Source: Dehalococcoidia bacterium
Lineage (GTDB): Bacteria; Chloroflexota; Dehalococcoidia; GIF9; AB-539-J10
Direction of reading: 5' to 3'
Length of the DNA: 64,000 bases
Assembly: GCA_030612025.1 (NCBI GenBank)
Contig: JAUWOR010000007.1
Coordinates: 32,332-96,331 of the forward strand
This document shows, in pieces, positions 10,792 to 21,069 of this stretch (positions are counted from its first letter, which is position 1; each line of letters starts with the position of its first letter). The translations under genes and the position numbers were made by a program. The notes beneath the pieces were generated by a model, which saw only the letters and a list, made by a program, of their open reading frames with translations, made no database searches and was not told where the DNA came from.

Positions 10792-10979
10792 GGCTGTTTA
10801 AAAATGTAGTTGCCCTGTGTAGTAGCGAAGATTACTACACAGGGCGACTGTGCCTGATAAATCAAGCAACTTTGGCCCTCCATTCATTAAGGCCTGATAA
10901 ATCAGGCAACTACGAAAATTTGGGAGTGAAACACCTCCGAGATGGCTGAAATTGAACGGGGAATCAAAATTAAACAGCC
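10792..10979. repeat. MITE-like element, family A copy 2, with 34-bp hairpin at 10812-10845
   Basis: TIRs ggctgtttaa / ttaaacagcc; homologous to 3480-3611. Confidence 0.8.
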
Positions 10980-11173
10980 ACCGCGGGTGTGGAACTTGTG
11001 CCTCTCCACTCAAGATTGACTAAGCAGGCTGAGGCAGAAGCCCTAGGCCTTTATAAGGCAAGAAAAAAGAACGCCGGGGCTCCAATAAACCACTACCTTG
11101 GTAATGAACTCTTGGCACAAAAACTGCGGAATTTTGACTAAGGCCCGCCTAATTAGTTAAATTATAAGTATAA

Positions 11174-12004
11174 ATGGCAGATTTACTCTTTGGTCCGGCA
11201 GGAGTTTCACTAAGCGCTAAGGAACGCTCCACAGAAAGTGGCATCCAACGCGTTGCTGAGCTAGGTTTAGGATGTATGGAGCTGGAATTCGTCCGAGGGG
11301 TGAAGATGAGCGAAAGGAGTGCTCTAGCTATAGGGCAACTAGCCAGAGAAAAGGGAGTGGCACTCAGTGCCCACGCTCCTTACTTCATAAACCTTAATGC
11401 TCAAGAGTTAGAGAAGATAAGAGCTAGTCAAGAAAGGTTGCTTCACACTGCTCGAATTGCCTCCCTGTGTGGTGCTAGAAGTGTGGTTTTTCACGCCGCC
11501 TATTATCTAAGTGACCCACCAAATAAAGTTTATGACACGGTGAAGAGACAACTACAGGAGGTAACAAACAGACTAAGAATGGAAAGCAATAGAATTTGGA
11601 TTAGACCGGAGAACACCGGGAAAGTTAGCCAATTCGGCACCCTAGACGAGGTGATAAAGCTAAGCAAAGAAATTGAGGGAATAACCCCTTGCATCGATTT
11701 CGCTCATTGGCATGCTCGAACAGGGAATTTCAATTCCTACCCTGAATTTACTGCTACCTTGGAACAAATAGGAAACAAACTGGGAAGAGCAACCTTGGAT
11801 AATATGCACATACATGCCTCGGGAATAGCCTATGGGGAAAAAGGCGAAATTAAACACTTAAATATGAAAGAATCCGACTTCAATTATGTTGACCTAGTTA
11901 AAGCCTTGAAAGATTATAAGGTTAAAGGATTGGTTATCAGTGAAAGTCCCAACCTAGAAGAAGATGCCCTCCTTTTACAGGAGACTTACAATTCCTGTAT
12001 GTGA
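11174..12004 (+). CDS. nfo: Endonuclease IV family (AP endonuclease 2, archaeal-like)
   Basis: FGPAG, HAPYFINL, ENTGK.SQFG, CIDFAH, ISESP.LEEDA. Confidence 0.85.
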   Translation: MADLLFGPAGVSLSAKERSTESGIQRVAELGLGCMELEFVRGVKMSERSALAIGQLAREKGVALSAHAPYFINLNAQELEKIRASQERLLHTARIASLCGARSVVFHAAYYLSDPPNKVYDTVKRQLQEVTNRLRMESNRIWIRPENTGKVSQFGTLDEVIKLSKEIEGITPCIDFAHWHARTGNFNSYPEFTATLEQIGNKLGRATLDNMHIHASGIAYGEKGEIKHLNMKESDFNYVDLVKALKDYKVKGLVISESPNLEEDALLLQETYNSCM

Positions 12005-12071
12005 TGCTTCGCTACTTCCAGCAATTTTTTCCATTTATAGTGTTTGTGCTATAATAAACGTGAGTTAAACT

Positions 12072-13904
12072 ATGAAACCGAAATCGTGGCCCAATAGCCT
12101 TGTCTACTTACTACTTCTAGCAGTGATAGTAGCCACTGTATTTGTTTTTTTACCAAGCAGTGGTAAACCTCAAGAGGTAGGAATTACCGAATTCATCACC
12201 TACATTAAACAAGGGGAAATTGACCATATCGTGCAGAAGGAAAACACCCTTACTGGTTCGTATGGTGAAGAGGAAAGATATACTGCCGACTATTATGGCA
12301 CTACCAATGACCTGGTGGCTATCCTTAGCGATAACGGAGTTAACGTCGGCGAAGGTGGGATAAGCCTCGATGTTAAAGCTAGCGGCATTGATTGGGGAAT
12401 GATAGCCCTGCAAATCCTCTTACCAATTATGTTGATTGGGGCGTTATTCTATTTTTTATTCCGCTCAGCCCGTGGAGCCGGCACGCAAGCCTTCAATTTT
12501 GGTAAAAGCCGCGCCCGACTAAGTTCCGGCAATAAACCTACGGTAACTTTTGCCGATGTCGCTGGAACTGAGGAGGCCAAAGAAGAGGTTCAAGAGGTGG
12601 TGGATTTTCTCAAATCACCCCAGAAATTCCGCACATTGGGGGCTCGCATCCCTCGAGGTGTGCTCCTAGTAGGACCGCCAGGGACAGGCAAAACATTGCT
12701 GGCTAAAGCTATAGCTGGGGAGGCCAATGTGCCTTTTTACTCCATTAGCGGCAGTGAATTTGTGGAGATGTTTGTCGGCGTTGGCGCTGCTAGAGTCAGG
12801 GACCTTTTTGAGCAAGCCAAACGTAACTCACCATGCATAGTTTTTATGGATGAAATTGATGCCGTAGGCCGACACCGTGGCGCTGGCTTGGGTGGAGGAC
12901 ATGATGAAAGAGAGCAAACTCTAAATCAAATCCTATCTGAGATGGATGGCTTTGACACCAATACTAACATTATTGTCCTGGCTGCCACCAATCGTCCCGA
13001 TATTCTCGATCCAGCCTTACTACGCCCTGGCCGCTTTGATCGTCATATCGTCGTCGATTTACCTGATATCAATGGCCGCAAAGCTATTTTAGAAGTACAT
13101 GCCAAGGGCATGTCCCTGGCCAAAGAAGTCAACCTGGAAACAGTAGCTAAGGGAACACCTGGTTTTAGCGGCGCTGACCTAGCCAGCCTAATTAACGAAG
13201 CAGCTATTTTGGCTGCTAGACGCAACCGCAAAGATATTAGCTTAAAGGAGCTAGAGGATGCTGCCGATCGAGTTATCGCTGGGCCTGAGAAAAAAAGCCG
13301 GGTAATCATCCAGAAAGAAAAGGAAATAATCGCCTATCATGAAAGTGGACATGCTCTGACAGCCAGGATGTTGCCCAATGCTGACCCGGTGCACAAAGTT
13401 TCCATTATTGCTCGAGGAGTAATGGGAGGCTGGACGCGCTTCTTACCAACCGAGGACCGCTATTTATGGAGCCGCTCTCAATTTGATGACAGATTAGCAG
13501 TAAGCTTAGGTGGACGGGTTGCCGAGGAAATCAGCTTTGGAGAAATAACTACCGGGGCACAAAATGACTTAGCCGAGGCAACTAAATTAGCCCGGAGGAT
13601 GGTTACTGAATACGGGATGAGCGATAAATTGGGACCGCGAACTTTCGGGCAAAGACAGGAACTTGTTTTCTTAGGTCGCGAGATTAGCGAGCAAAGAGAT
13701 TACAGCGATAAGACAGCTCAAAAGATAGATGAAGAGGTACACGATATTATTCAGCGTGCCTATAATACTGCCAAGAAAATACTGACCAAAAACAAAGCCA
13801 AACTAAAGCAAATCGCTGAGGAACTCATCGCTCACGAAACTCTGGAGGAACCAGCGCTCAATAAGCTATTTGAAGGATTAACACCACAAACAGCCTCCAG
13901 CTAA
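12072..13904 (+). CDS. ftsH: ATP-dependent zinc metalloprotease FtsH
   Basis: Two TM segments, [20 protein letters not shown]. Confidence 0.98.
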   Translation: MKPKSWPNSLVYLLLLAVIVATVFVFLPSSGKPQEVGITEFITYIKQGEIDHIVQKENTLTGSYGEEERYTADYYGTTNDLVAILSDNGVNVGEGGISLDVKASGIDWGMIALQILLPIMLIGALFYFLFRSARGAGTQAFNFGKSRARLSSGNKPTVTFADVAGTEEAKEEVQEVVDFLKSPQKFRTLGARIPRGVLLVGPPGTGKTLLAKAIAGEANVPFYSISGSEFVEMFVGVGAARVRDLFEQAKRNSPCIVFMDEIDAVGRHRGAGLGGGHDEREQTLNQILSEMDGFDTNTNIIVLAATNRPDILDPALLRPGRFDRHIVVDLPDINGRKAILEVHAKGMSLAKEVNLETVAKGTPGFSGADLASLINEAAILAARRNRKDISLKELEDAADRVIAGPEKKSRVIIQKEKEIIAYHESGHALTARMLPNADPVHKVSIIARGVMGGWTRFLPTEDRYLWSRSQFDDRLAVSLGGRVAEEISFGEITTGAQNDLAEATKLARRMVTEYGMSDKLGPRTFGQRQELVFLGREISEQRDYSDKTAQKIDEEVHDIIQRAYNTAKKILTKNKAKLKQIAEELIAHETLEEPALNKLFEGLTPQTASS

Positions 13905-13937
13905 AAGGTTTTGTTAACTTCTTCTGCCCTTACCTCA

Positions 13938-15608
13938 CTAATAAGCTACATGGCCAACTTGGCTGGCTTCTTGAGCAATAACACTATCATCCAGCTTAAC
14001 AAATAGTGGCTGGGGCTGGCGAAGTTTCTGCCCCGGCACTGGCGACTGAAGCTTCCAACCTGCCTCACTGACGCTCCCCACAAAGCCAAGAGAAGTGTGG
14101 AGCTTCTCAGAGCTAAAGGGAAGAAAGGGGTAGAAAGCAGTCTTTAAAACTGATAATACGGACAAGACAGTATAGGCAGACTTGGCCGAGGTTTCTGGGG
14201 ATTTTTTAATCGTTTTCCAGGGAGCCTGGTCATCAAGATACCGATTAGCTTCTTGAGCCAAGAACATAATCTGTCTAATCGCTTCTCTGAAACTACAGCG
14301 ATAAAGCGCTCTATCAACATCGCTTAGAGTAGTCTCAGCCTTATGAAGCAACCCCTGGCTTTGCTCATCAAGTTCGCCTGGCGCGGGCACCATTCCGTTG
14401 AAATTGCGATAAGCAAAAGTAAGGATACGATGCGCTAGGTTACCATAAGTAGCTACCAGCTCATCGTTATTGCGGCGAACAAATCTATCCCAAGAAAAAT
14501 CGCTATCCCTGGCCTCAGGCATATTTATGGATAAAATGTAGCGCAGAGGGTCCGGGTCATATCTCTCCAGATAATCAGGTAGCCAAACTGCCCAATTCCG
14601 GCTGGTGGAAAGCTTCTTGCCTTCAATAGTTAAAAATTCATTGGCGGGAACATCGTAGGGAACATTTAATCCGCCATAGCCTATCAGCATCGCTGGCCAG
14701 ATTAAGGTATGGAAAAAAATGTTGTCCTTGCCGATGAAATAAAAACTCTTGGACTCCCCTGTCCAAAAAGGTTGCCAAGCTGCGTCATCGCCATGCAGCT
14801 TTGCCCACTCTTTACTGGCTGACAAATAACCAATAACTGCCTCAAACCAGACGTAAATTCGCTTCTGCTCAAAGCCCGATTGCGGCACAGTCACTCCCCA
14901 ATCTATATCACGGGTTATAGCCCTATCCCTTAATCCTTCATGCAAAAATTTCCAAGTGGTGCTAAGTACATTATGCCGCCAGTGAGACTGCTCTTTTATC
15001 CATGCCGTCAATTTATCCTGAAAAGAAGTAAGGCGTAGGAAAAAGTGCTCCGAGGTCTCAAACCGCGCTGGGGCGCCACAAAGATAGCAGCGAATATTCT
15101 CAAGCTCTGAGGGATTTAAAGGTTTACCACATTCATCACATTGATCGCCTCGCGCTTTGGGAAAGCTGCAATAAGGACATGTACCCTCAAGATAACGGTC
15201 AGGAAGAAACCTCTGGCACTTAGGACAGTAAGCCTGAAGCATCTTATCCTTGTAAATATAGCCATTATTGAGCAAAGTAAGAAATATATCATGCGTAACC
15301 TGAGCATGATTTGCAGTGCCTGTAGTAGTAAATAAGTCAAAGGAGATGCCCAATTTTTGCCAGCAATCGATAAATTGCTGATGATATTTAGATGCTATTT
15401 CCTGTGGCGACTTGGATTCCTGCTCAGCTCGAATAGTAATGGGTGCTCCGTGCTGATCACTCCCTGAAACCATTAGCACATCGTCGCCTTTGAGGCGATG
15501 ATAACGAGCAAAAATATCTGCTGGCAAATAAGCCCCGGCAATATGTCCTAAATGTAAAGAACCATTGGCATAAGGCCAAGCAACACCTATAAAGATACGC
15601 TCACTCAA
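13938..15608 (-). CDS. metG: Methionine--tRNA ligase
   Basis: WPYANGSLHLGH, Zn knuckles, YVWFEAVIGY, KLSTS; TTG start after GGAGG. Confidence 0.97.
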   Translation of the reverse strand: MSERIFIGVAWPYANGSLHLGHIAGAYLPADIFARYHRLKGDDVLMVSGSDQHGAPITIRAEQESKSPQEIASKYHQQFIDCWQKLGISFDLFTTTGTANHAQVTHDIFLTLLNNGYIYKDKMLQAYCPKCQRFLPDRYLEGTCPYCSFPKARGDQCDECGKPLNPSELENIRCYLCGAPARFETSEHFFLRLTSFQDKLTAWIKEQSHWRHNVLSTTWKFLHEGLRDRAITRDIDWGVTVPQSGFEQKRIYVWFEAVIGYLSASKEWAKLHGDDAAWQPFWTGESKSFYFIGKDNIFFHTLIWPAMLIGYGGLNVPYDVPANEFLTIEGKKLSTSRNWAVWLPDYLERYDPDPLRYILSINMPEARDSDFSWDRFVRRNNDELVATYGNLAHRILTFAYRNFNGMVPAPGELDEQSQGLLHKAETTLSDVDRALYRCSFREAIRQIMFLAQEANRYLDDQAPWKTIKKSPETSAKSAYTVLSVLSVLKTAFYPFLPFSSEKLHTSLGFVGSVSEAGWKLQSPVPGQKLRQPQPLFVKLDDSVIAQEASQVGHVAY

Positions 15609-15624
15609 GAAAGCCTCCAAATTT

Positions 15625-15692
15625 AGCTTTCAGCTCTCAGTCTTCAGCTATCAACTGTCAAGTAACATCTGACCACTGAGTGCTGACCGCTT
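15625..15692. repeat. Degenerate heptamer repeat/hairpin (gctttca/gctatca ... ctgac)
   Basis: agctttcagctctcagtcttcagctatcaac followed by inverse ctgaccactgagtgctgaccgct. Confidence 0.55.
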
Positions 15693-15702
15693 CTTATCAT
15701 GC

Positions 15703-15906
15703 CTAGTCCTCAGGGAAAAAGGTGATTATTTTCTCTCCCTTTTCCGTCTTATAGGAAGCATAACCGCGGCTTAAGCAGCAATCAAGACAAAAACGTTGAC
15801 TCTGCTCCCCCACATCATCAGCCACTAAATAACGCTCACCATATTCCAGAAATCTATGACAGATGTCGCATTGCACTTTGCTTATAGCGATACAGCCACA
15901 ACGCAA
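15703..15906 (-). CDS. Small zinc-finger-like hypothetical protein
   Basis: CDIC..CLDC; AAGGAG RBS before TTG. Confidence 0.75.
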   Translation of the reverse strand: MRCGCIAISKVQCDICHRFLEYGERYLVADDVGEQSQRFCLDCCLSRGYASYKTEKGEKIITFFPED

Positions 15907-15986
15907 TTTAATCTCCTTCAGCAGGCTTTGTCCAGCCTGCTACAAACTTCGCTTCCCATTAAAGGTATAAGACGCCTAAGAAGGTA

Positions 15987-16037
15987 TCACCCTGTCGTCC
16001 ACCAATAGCAGCGGTGAAAATAGGCAAAAACAAACAT
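15987..16037 (-). promoter_or_regulatory. Candidate aromatic-rich leader peptide MFVFAYFHRCYWWTTG
   Basis: ATG 8 nt after a TATAAT (16046-16051, minus); 8-bp-stem hairpin at ~15921-15942 abuts the downstream RBS. Confidence 0.4.
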
Positions 16038-16141
16038 AGCCGATAATTATAGCCCTTAATTACAATTCCATCCACCCGTCTTGACTCCAAACTGTCACCC
16101 TTGTATAGTTTACAACAATTATCTCTCCGAAGAAGAAAAAA

Positions 16142-17287
16142 ATGCCTCAGCTTAAATTCAAAGAAATGGTGCCAACATATGGGTTTGACGACGTAGCCCT
16201 TGTCCCTGGCGATGTAACCATCAACCCTGACCAGACAAATATAGATTTTATTATTGGTAATTTTAAATTCTCCATCCCCATCCTAGCCTCAGCCATGGAT
16301 GCTGTTGTTGATCCCACCTTAGCCATCAAGTTTGGCAAACTGGGAGGCCTAGCTGTCCTCAACCTCGAGGGAGTACAGACAAGGTATGAAAATCCTGACG
16401 AAATTCTGGAGCAAATTGCTCAAGCTCTGGAAATCGAGGTTACTTCTCTGCTGCAAAAGATTTACTCCGCACCTATTAAGGAAAATCTTATCGCTGACTG
16501 CATCAGCAAGGTCAAACAAGGAGGCGTCACCTGTGCCGCCTCACTAACCCCAGCCAATACCAAACGACTAGCTCCAATAGCCAAGGAAGCCGGGATTGAC
16601 GTGCTAGTAGTGCAATCTACAATTACCACCGCCAAGCATATCTCCAAGAGCTACCGAGGGCTTATCTTGTCCGAATTATGCCAGATGCTGTCCTTGCCCA
16701 TCATAGTGGGCAACTGCTGCAGCTATAGCGCCGCATTAGAGTTGATGAGAACAGGGATTGATGCCATTTTAGTCGGCGTCGGTCCTGGAGCTGCCTGTAC
16801 CACCAGAGAAGTCATCGGCGTTGGCGTTCCCCAGATAACTGCCACCATGGATTGCGCTGCTGCTAGAGAGACTTATTTTAAAGAGGGTGGTAAATATGTA
16901 TCAGTCATAACTGATGGAGGCATTCGCATTGGCGGTGACTTGTGTAAAGCATTTGCCGCTGGCGCCGATGCTGTCATGGTTGGTTCACCACTAGCTCAGG
17001 CTACGGAGGCTCCGGGTAGAGGTTATCATTGGGGTATGTCTCAGCCTCACCCAGTATTGCCTAGAGGGACACGTATCAAAGTTGGCACCGCTGCTCCCTT
17101 AGAACAAATTCTCTTCGGACCCACTACTGTTACCGATGGGACGCAAAACCTGGTTGGTGCCTTGCACACCAGCATGGGAATCTGCGGTGCTCGAACCATT
17201 AAAGAAATGCATAAAGTTAAGATGATCATTGCTCCAGCTATAAAGACAGAAGGAAAATACTTCCAGGCAGCCCAAAGTATTCCTTGA
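16142..17287 (+). CDS. GuaB3 family IMP dehydrogenase-related protein
   Basis: [30 protein letters not shown]; no CBS domains. Confidence 0.92.
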   Translation: MPQLKFKEMVPTYGFDDVALVPGDVTINPDQTNIDFIIGNFKFSIPILASAMDAVVDPTLAIKFGKLGGLAVLNLEGVQTRYENPDEILEQIAQALEIEVTSLLQKIYSAPIKENLIADCISKVKQGGVTCAASLTPANTKRLAPIAKEAGIDVLVVQSTITTAKHISKSYRGLILSELCQMLSLPIIVGNCCSYSAALELMRTGIDAILVGVGPGAACTTREVIGVGVPQITATMDCAAARETYFKEGGKYVSVITDGGIRIGGDLCKAFAAGADAVMVGSPLAQATEAPGRGYHWGMSQPHPVLPRGTRIKVGTAAPLEQILFGPTTVTDGTQNLVGALHTSMGICGARTIKEMHKVKMIIAPAIKTEGKYFQAAQSIP

Positions 17288-17290
17288 TTT

Positions 17291-17905
17291 TTAAAGAAAC
17301 GCACTAATACAAAACCAGACTCCAAAGCCAACCAGTACAAAAGCACAAACACTAAACACAACTCTCTGCACCTTTCGTGTCCACCACTTCCTCGACTTAA
17401 ACGTACCCGCAGAGAGAACTTCATACCAGGTTAAATCGCAAAGCCAGTGCACCAAGGTGAAAAGAGCAATGCCAATAAGCCCAAACCTGGTAGCGCCAAC
17501 TATCAGGACTATGCCTATAGTCACCCACCATATATAAAAAGCGGGGTTGGCTCCCGTGATCACAATGCCAGTGACTAAAGAACTAGTTGGCAGCCCGCCT
17601 ATTTCTCCAACCGCATTGCCAGCAGTTCGAAACACCCGGAAACCCAGGTAAAATAACATCAGGCCGCCCACTATATATATAACCTTCACAACCTGCGGAG
17701 AGCCGATGAGATGCCCCAACCCCAAATAAATTGCTGCTATGAGCGGTATCTCGATGACAGCATGCCCTACGGCAATCAAGGCACCGGCATTTTTATCACC
17801 ATAACCTTTGGCTATTGTGGCGGCAGTAAGTGGCCCTGGCAGCATAACACCAGTAAGGGAAATACCAACTGCCGATAATAGAAATAAACCAAGGTTTGTC
17901 TCCAT
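17291..17905 (-). CDS. LysE family translocator
   Basis: GVMLPGPL, GHAVIE, NP.F..WW; hydrophobic. Confidence 0.9.
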   Translation of the reverse strand: METNLGLFLLSAVGISLTGVMLPGPLTAATIAKGYGDKNAGALIAVGHAVIEIPLIAAIYLGLGHLIGSPQVVKVIYIVGGLMLFYLGFRVFRTAGNAVGEIGGLPTSSLVTGIVITGANPAFYIWWVTIGIVLIVGATRFGLIGIALFTLVHWLCDLTWYEVLSAGTFKSRKWWTRKVQRVVFSVCAFVLVGFGVWFCISAFL

Positions 17906-17933
17906 AATTTATTGGGGCAAATGCAGATTTAGG

Positions 17934-18695
17934 CTAGATTTCCTCCTCTTCCTCCTCCTCAGCAGTTATGTCCCCTCCATAATGAGGAAGCACCACACCC
18001 ACCTTGCCTCGTCGGTGTTTAGCCCTTTTAGGCAGATTATCAATCATTTTCCTTAATTCTGTGAATGCTTCTACTGGCTGTGCTGGCGGAATAACTATGC
18101 CATCCATCCCAGCCTCCCATAAATTACCGAGCTCGGCACTGGTGATCAGTGAAGGTAAAGTTACCACAAGCGGCTTATCCAATAGCTCACTGAACCTTCG
18201 GCAAATGAGCAGATATTCCACAGTAATAAATGACTCCTCGCCTCTGTTAATAAACACACCGTCTATCTCAAGAGCATTAATAGCTCTAACCAAGCCCTGA
18301 TCCAACGAAGGTTCTATCACCAGAAATTTACCCGCCCCTTCTCCTCGCAGTGCTGCCACAGATGCCTTCATATCAAAAACTACAAAGTCGCAGCCTGAGT
18401 CAACAAGCTCAGCAGCCCTCTTTTTGCTCATCCCCTTTATAACCACTCCCAGAGGAATATCGCCCATAGCCTTGACCATTTCCTTCAGGCTTTCGACCTT
18501 GGAATTTTGCTTCAATATCAGCCCAGCATCCACATTGCTACCAGTTAAGGCATCAGCTTCCTTGACATCTACCCCAGCCAACCCGGCAACAAGCAACATC
18601 GGTGAGCTTTTCAGTTTGCTGGCAGCCGCATGGAAACCTATGGGTGATGCTGAAGACTTGGAAAGGTTATGCAATTTATCCACAAATTTGCTCAT
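17934..18695 (-). CDS. Hypothetical protein, probable TIM barrel (HpcH/HpaI-like) with acidic tail
   Basis: Start re-set to ATG downstream of the tRNA; GCDFVVF, GMDGIVI; EEEEEEI tail. Confidence 0.7.
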   Translation of the reverse strand: MSKFVDKLHNLSKSSASPIGFHAAASKLKSSPMLLVAGLAGVDVKEADALTGSNVDAGLILKQNSKVESLKEMVKAMGDIPLGVVIKGMSKKRAAELVDSGCDFVVFDMKASVAALRGEGAGKFLVIEPSLDQGLVRAINALEIDGVFINRGEESFITVEYLLICRRFSELLDKPLVVTLPSLITSAELGNLWEAGMDGIVIPPAQPVEAFTELRKMIDNLPKRAKHRRGKVGVVLPHYGGDITAEEEEEEEI

Positions 18696-18706
18696 CTTAC
18701 CCCCAA

Positions 18707-18778
18707 AGCCAGCGGTCGGATTCGAACCGACGACCGGCGGTTTACGAAACCGCTGCTCTACCCCTGAGCTACGCTGGC
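18707..18778 (-). tRNA. tRNA-Thr(CGT)
   Basis: GCCAGCGTAGCTCAGGGGTAGAGCAGCGGTTTCGTAAACCGCCGGTCGTCGGTTCGAATCCGACCGCTGGCT; cloverleaf, TTCGAA T-loop; upstream TTGTCA-17-TATACT promoter. Confidence 0.97.
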
Positions 18779-18981
18779 ACGAGATTAGTATAGCTGATGA
18801 GATAGGCTCTGACAAACGGTCTTACTAAAATCGCCAAAGCTACTCAGATAGGGGAGTTGAACAACGGTTTTCTCTAAAACAGACTTCAGAATGATGGGCA
18901 CACCAATCTATATATAGCGTCCTAAATAATTGCGCATAGACCCTTCAGGCTGAGCCCTCAGGACGAAGTCCTGTGCAGGGA

Positions 18982-19136
18982 TTAAATCCTAAGCAATATC
19001 TAAATTCAAAGATAAAAAATCAAAATTACAAATCAAAGCTCAAAATTAAAATTGCGGGCGCTCTTGACCATCTATTTTGAATTTTGCTCTGTCATTTTTC
19101 CTTTTGCATTTTGATACTTGAATTTATTTAGAATTT
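18982..19136. repeat. AT-rich imperfect inverted repeat of ~7-mer units
   Basis: aaattcaaagataaaaaatcaaaattacaaatcaaag... mirrored by ...ttttgcattttgatacttgaattt. Confidence 0.6.
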
Positions 19137-19144
19137 GCCCGTAT

Positions 19145-19705
19145 TCATTCCTCTATAGTTATTCGCATTATGGTGTCACCCTGTTCAATTTTTTCCAGGA
19201 TATCCCTTCCCTCTATTAGCTGACCAAAGACTGAGTGCTCACCATCAAGGTGATGCTGGGGTGTATAAGTAATGAAGAACTGGCAGCCATTGGTATTAGG
19301 TCCAGAATTAGCCATTGATAGGGCACCGGCAACATGGGTATGCTCGGTGAATTCATCAGCAAAGGAATAACCAGGAGTGCCAGTTCCAGTTCCCGTAGGG
19401 TCTCCCCCTTGAGCCATAAAGCCCGGTATTACACGATGGAATGTGGTACCGTCGTAAAACCCCTCGCGGGCAAGGAAGACAAAGTTGTTGACAGTTACTG
19501 GAACATCACTAGCGAACAGCTCCAGCACTATATTCCCCTTTTCTGTCTGAATGGTAGCAATGTATTGCTTACTGGAATCAATTGTCATCGGTGGTGAGGC
19601 TGAGTAAGTTTTAGGCTTTGGCTCTCCACCAGCACATGACGTCGAAAGAAGTGCTAGCAGAACCAAGATGATGCCAGCTATTCGGAACAGACCGCCAGTT
19701 GTCAT
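19145..19705 (-). CDS. Cyclophilin-type peptidyl-prolyl isomerase, lipoprotein
   Basis: [33 protein letters not shown]; signal/lipobox; start after GGAGG. Confidence 0.93.
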   Translation of the reverse strand: MTTGGLFRIAGIILVLLALLSTSCAGGEPKPKTYSASPPMTIDSSKQYIATIQTEKGNIVLELFASDVPVTVNNFVFLAREGFYDGTTFHRVIPGFMAQGGDPTGTGTGTPGYSFADEFTEHTHVAGALSMANSGPNTNGCQFFITYTPQHHLDGEHSVFGQLIEGRDILEKIEQGDTIMRITIEE

Positions 19706-19730
19706 AAGCTTGCCTCCTTCTTTATTATAA

Positions 19731-19860
19731 AGCTGTTTAATTTTGATTCTCCGTTCAATTTCAGCCATCTCAGAGGTGTTTCATCCCCAAATTTTTGTAG
19801 TTGCCTGATTCATCAGGCACAGTCGCCCAATAAATTGGGCAACTACATTTTTAAACAGCC
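19731..19860. repeat. MITE-like element, family A copy 3 (inverted)
   Basis: agctgtttaa ... ttaaacagcc; reverse complement of the family A core. Confidence 0.8.
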
Positions 19861-19908
19861 TTTCTTATAAGGCTGTTTCGCAACACCTAACTGTCACTCT
19901 GAGTAAAG

Positions 19909-20259
19909 CTAAGAATCCCTCTTCTCACTTGCAAGGGACTTCTCCAGTTCAGCAATCAAATAAGGGAGATCTTCGATAATCGTTTGATAAAGGATGTCAA
20001 AGTCAATGTCGTCATAGCCGTGAATCAGACGGTTACGCATCCCGATGATTTGTAGCCAAGGAATGCCACCATACTTGGCCTGCCCTTCCGTGGAGACGCG
20101 GTTAGCTGCCTCTCCAACAACCTCGATCAATCTCACCAGCGAAAGGTTGAGCATTCGCTCGTTTTCAATGTTATGCCTCGTTTTCCCGGCTGCCAATTCC
20201 ACCGCCTCCTTTGCAGCGTCAAGCATATGTCGCAATCGGATCAAGTCATTCTTTGGCAT
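19909..20259 (-). CDS. HEPN/DUF86 ribonuclease toxin (HepT-like)
   Basis: IEVVGEAA, IPW..I.GMRNRLIHGY (RX4H). Confidence 0.9.
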   Translation of the reverse strand: MPKNDLIRLRHMLDAAKEAVELAAGKTRHNIENERMLNLSLVRLIEVVGEAANRVSTEGQAKYGGIPWLQIIGMRNRLIHGYDDIDFDILYQTIIEDLPYLIAELEKSLASEKRDS

Positions 20260-20560
20260 ATTGCACCTCTGCTATTCTAACCACCTCATCGCGGAAATAC
20301 CTGCTCAAACATTGCGCCGTGTTTATATCCACCTTACGCCCCCCAAATAATTTGGAAAGCTCCAATTCCATACTTGCCAGACGGATAAATCCGGGGACAT
20401 GCCCCGGCTCAAATTCCACCAGTACATCCACATCGCTCTCAGGGCGGAAGTCCTCACGCAGGGCCGAACCAAATAAAGAAAGTTTACGGATATGGTGTTC
20501 CTGGCAGAATTCAACTATGTTCTCTCGAAGAATGTCAATCTGTATCTCGTTGTTCATCAC
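20246..20560 (-). CDS. Minimal nucleotidyltransferase antitoxin (MntA-like)
   Basis: LFGSALR..F...SDVDVLV (GSX10DXD); overlaps HEPN gene. Confidence 0.9.
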   Translation of the reverse strand: MMNNEIQIDILRENIVEFCQEHHIRKLSLFGSALREDFRPESDVDVLVEFEPGHVPGFIRLASMELELSKLFGGRKVDINTAQCLSRYFRDEVVRIAEVQYAKE

Positions 20561-20658
20561 TGCATCTTAATCATTTCTCAGAGGCATATTCTGCCTGGAG
20601 AAACTCACGGCTATCGAATCTGCCACAACATTGAATTTTAGCACGAATTCTACTAGCT

Positions 20659-20931
20659 ACTCAAAAATTCGCCTGCTTGATGAAAACTAAAATCAATCAC
20701 AAAATTCCTTATAATCCTCCCTCCCCTAGCGGGAGGGAGGAAGAGGGAGGGGGAAATTCACCCTCACCTTACCTCTCTTGTAAGGAAGAAAAATTCATTA
20801 CATGAGAGGTATTTTTTCACGATACCATGCGGAAGACTATAAGAATTCATGTAACATGCACCTGGTTACATCACCAGGGCGAGTAAACCTAGCCCACCGC
20901 CTCTTCCTCAAGGAGAGACCGCTTCTTTTTC
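20659..20931 (+). repeat. ~270-bp direct repeat, copy 1
   Basis: Near-identical to 23171-23445. Confidence 0.9.
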
Positions 20932-21069
20932 CTAACGGAGTTTGTTAAACGTTCTGCTATTCCGAAAAGAAGCGCCAATCGAATTCTAGAGAAATTAAAT
21001 GAACAAAATACAATTAAACTTACGTGATTATCCCTTGACAACAAGTAATCCCTATATTATAATGGAAGC

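Noticed and set aside
18696-18815. N-terminal extension of ORF 17934-18815
   Set aside because: It is read through the tRNA-Thr gene; the real start is ATG 18695
19706-19768. N-terminal extension of the cyclophilin ORF
   Set aside because: Largely within MITE A3; RBS and signal peptide support 19705
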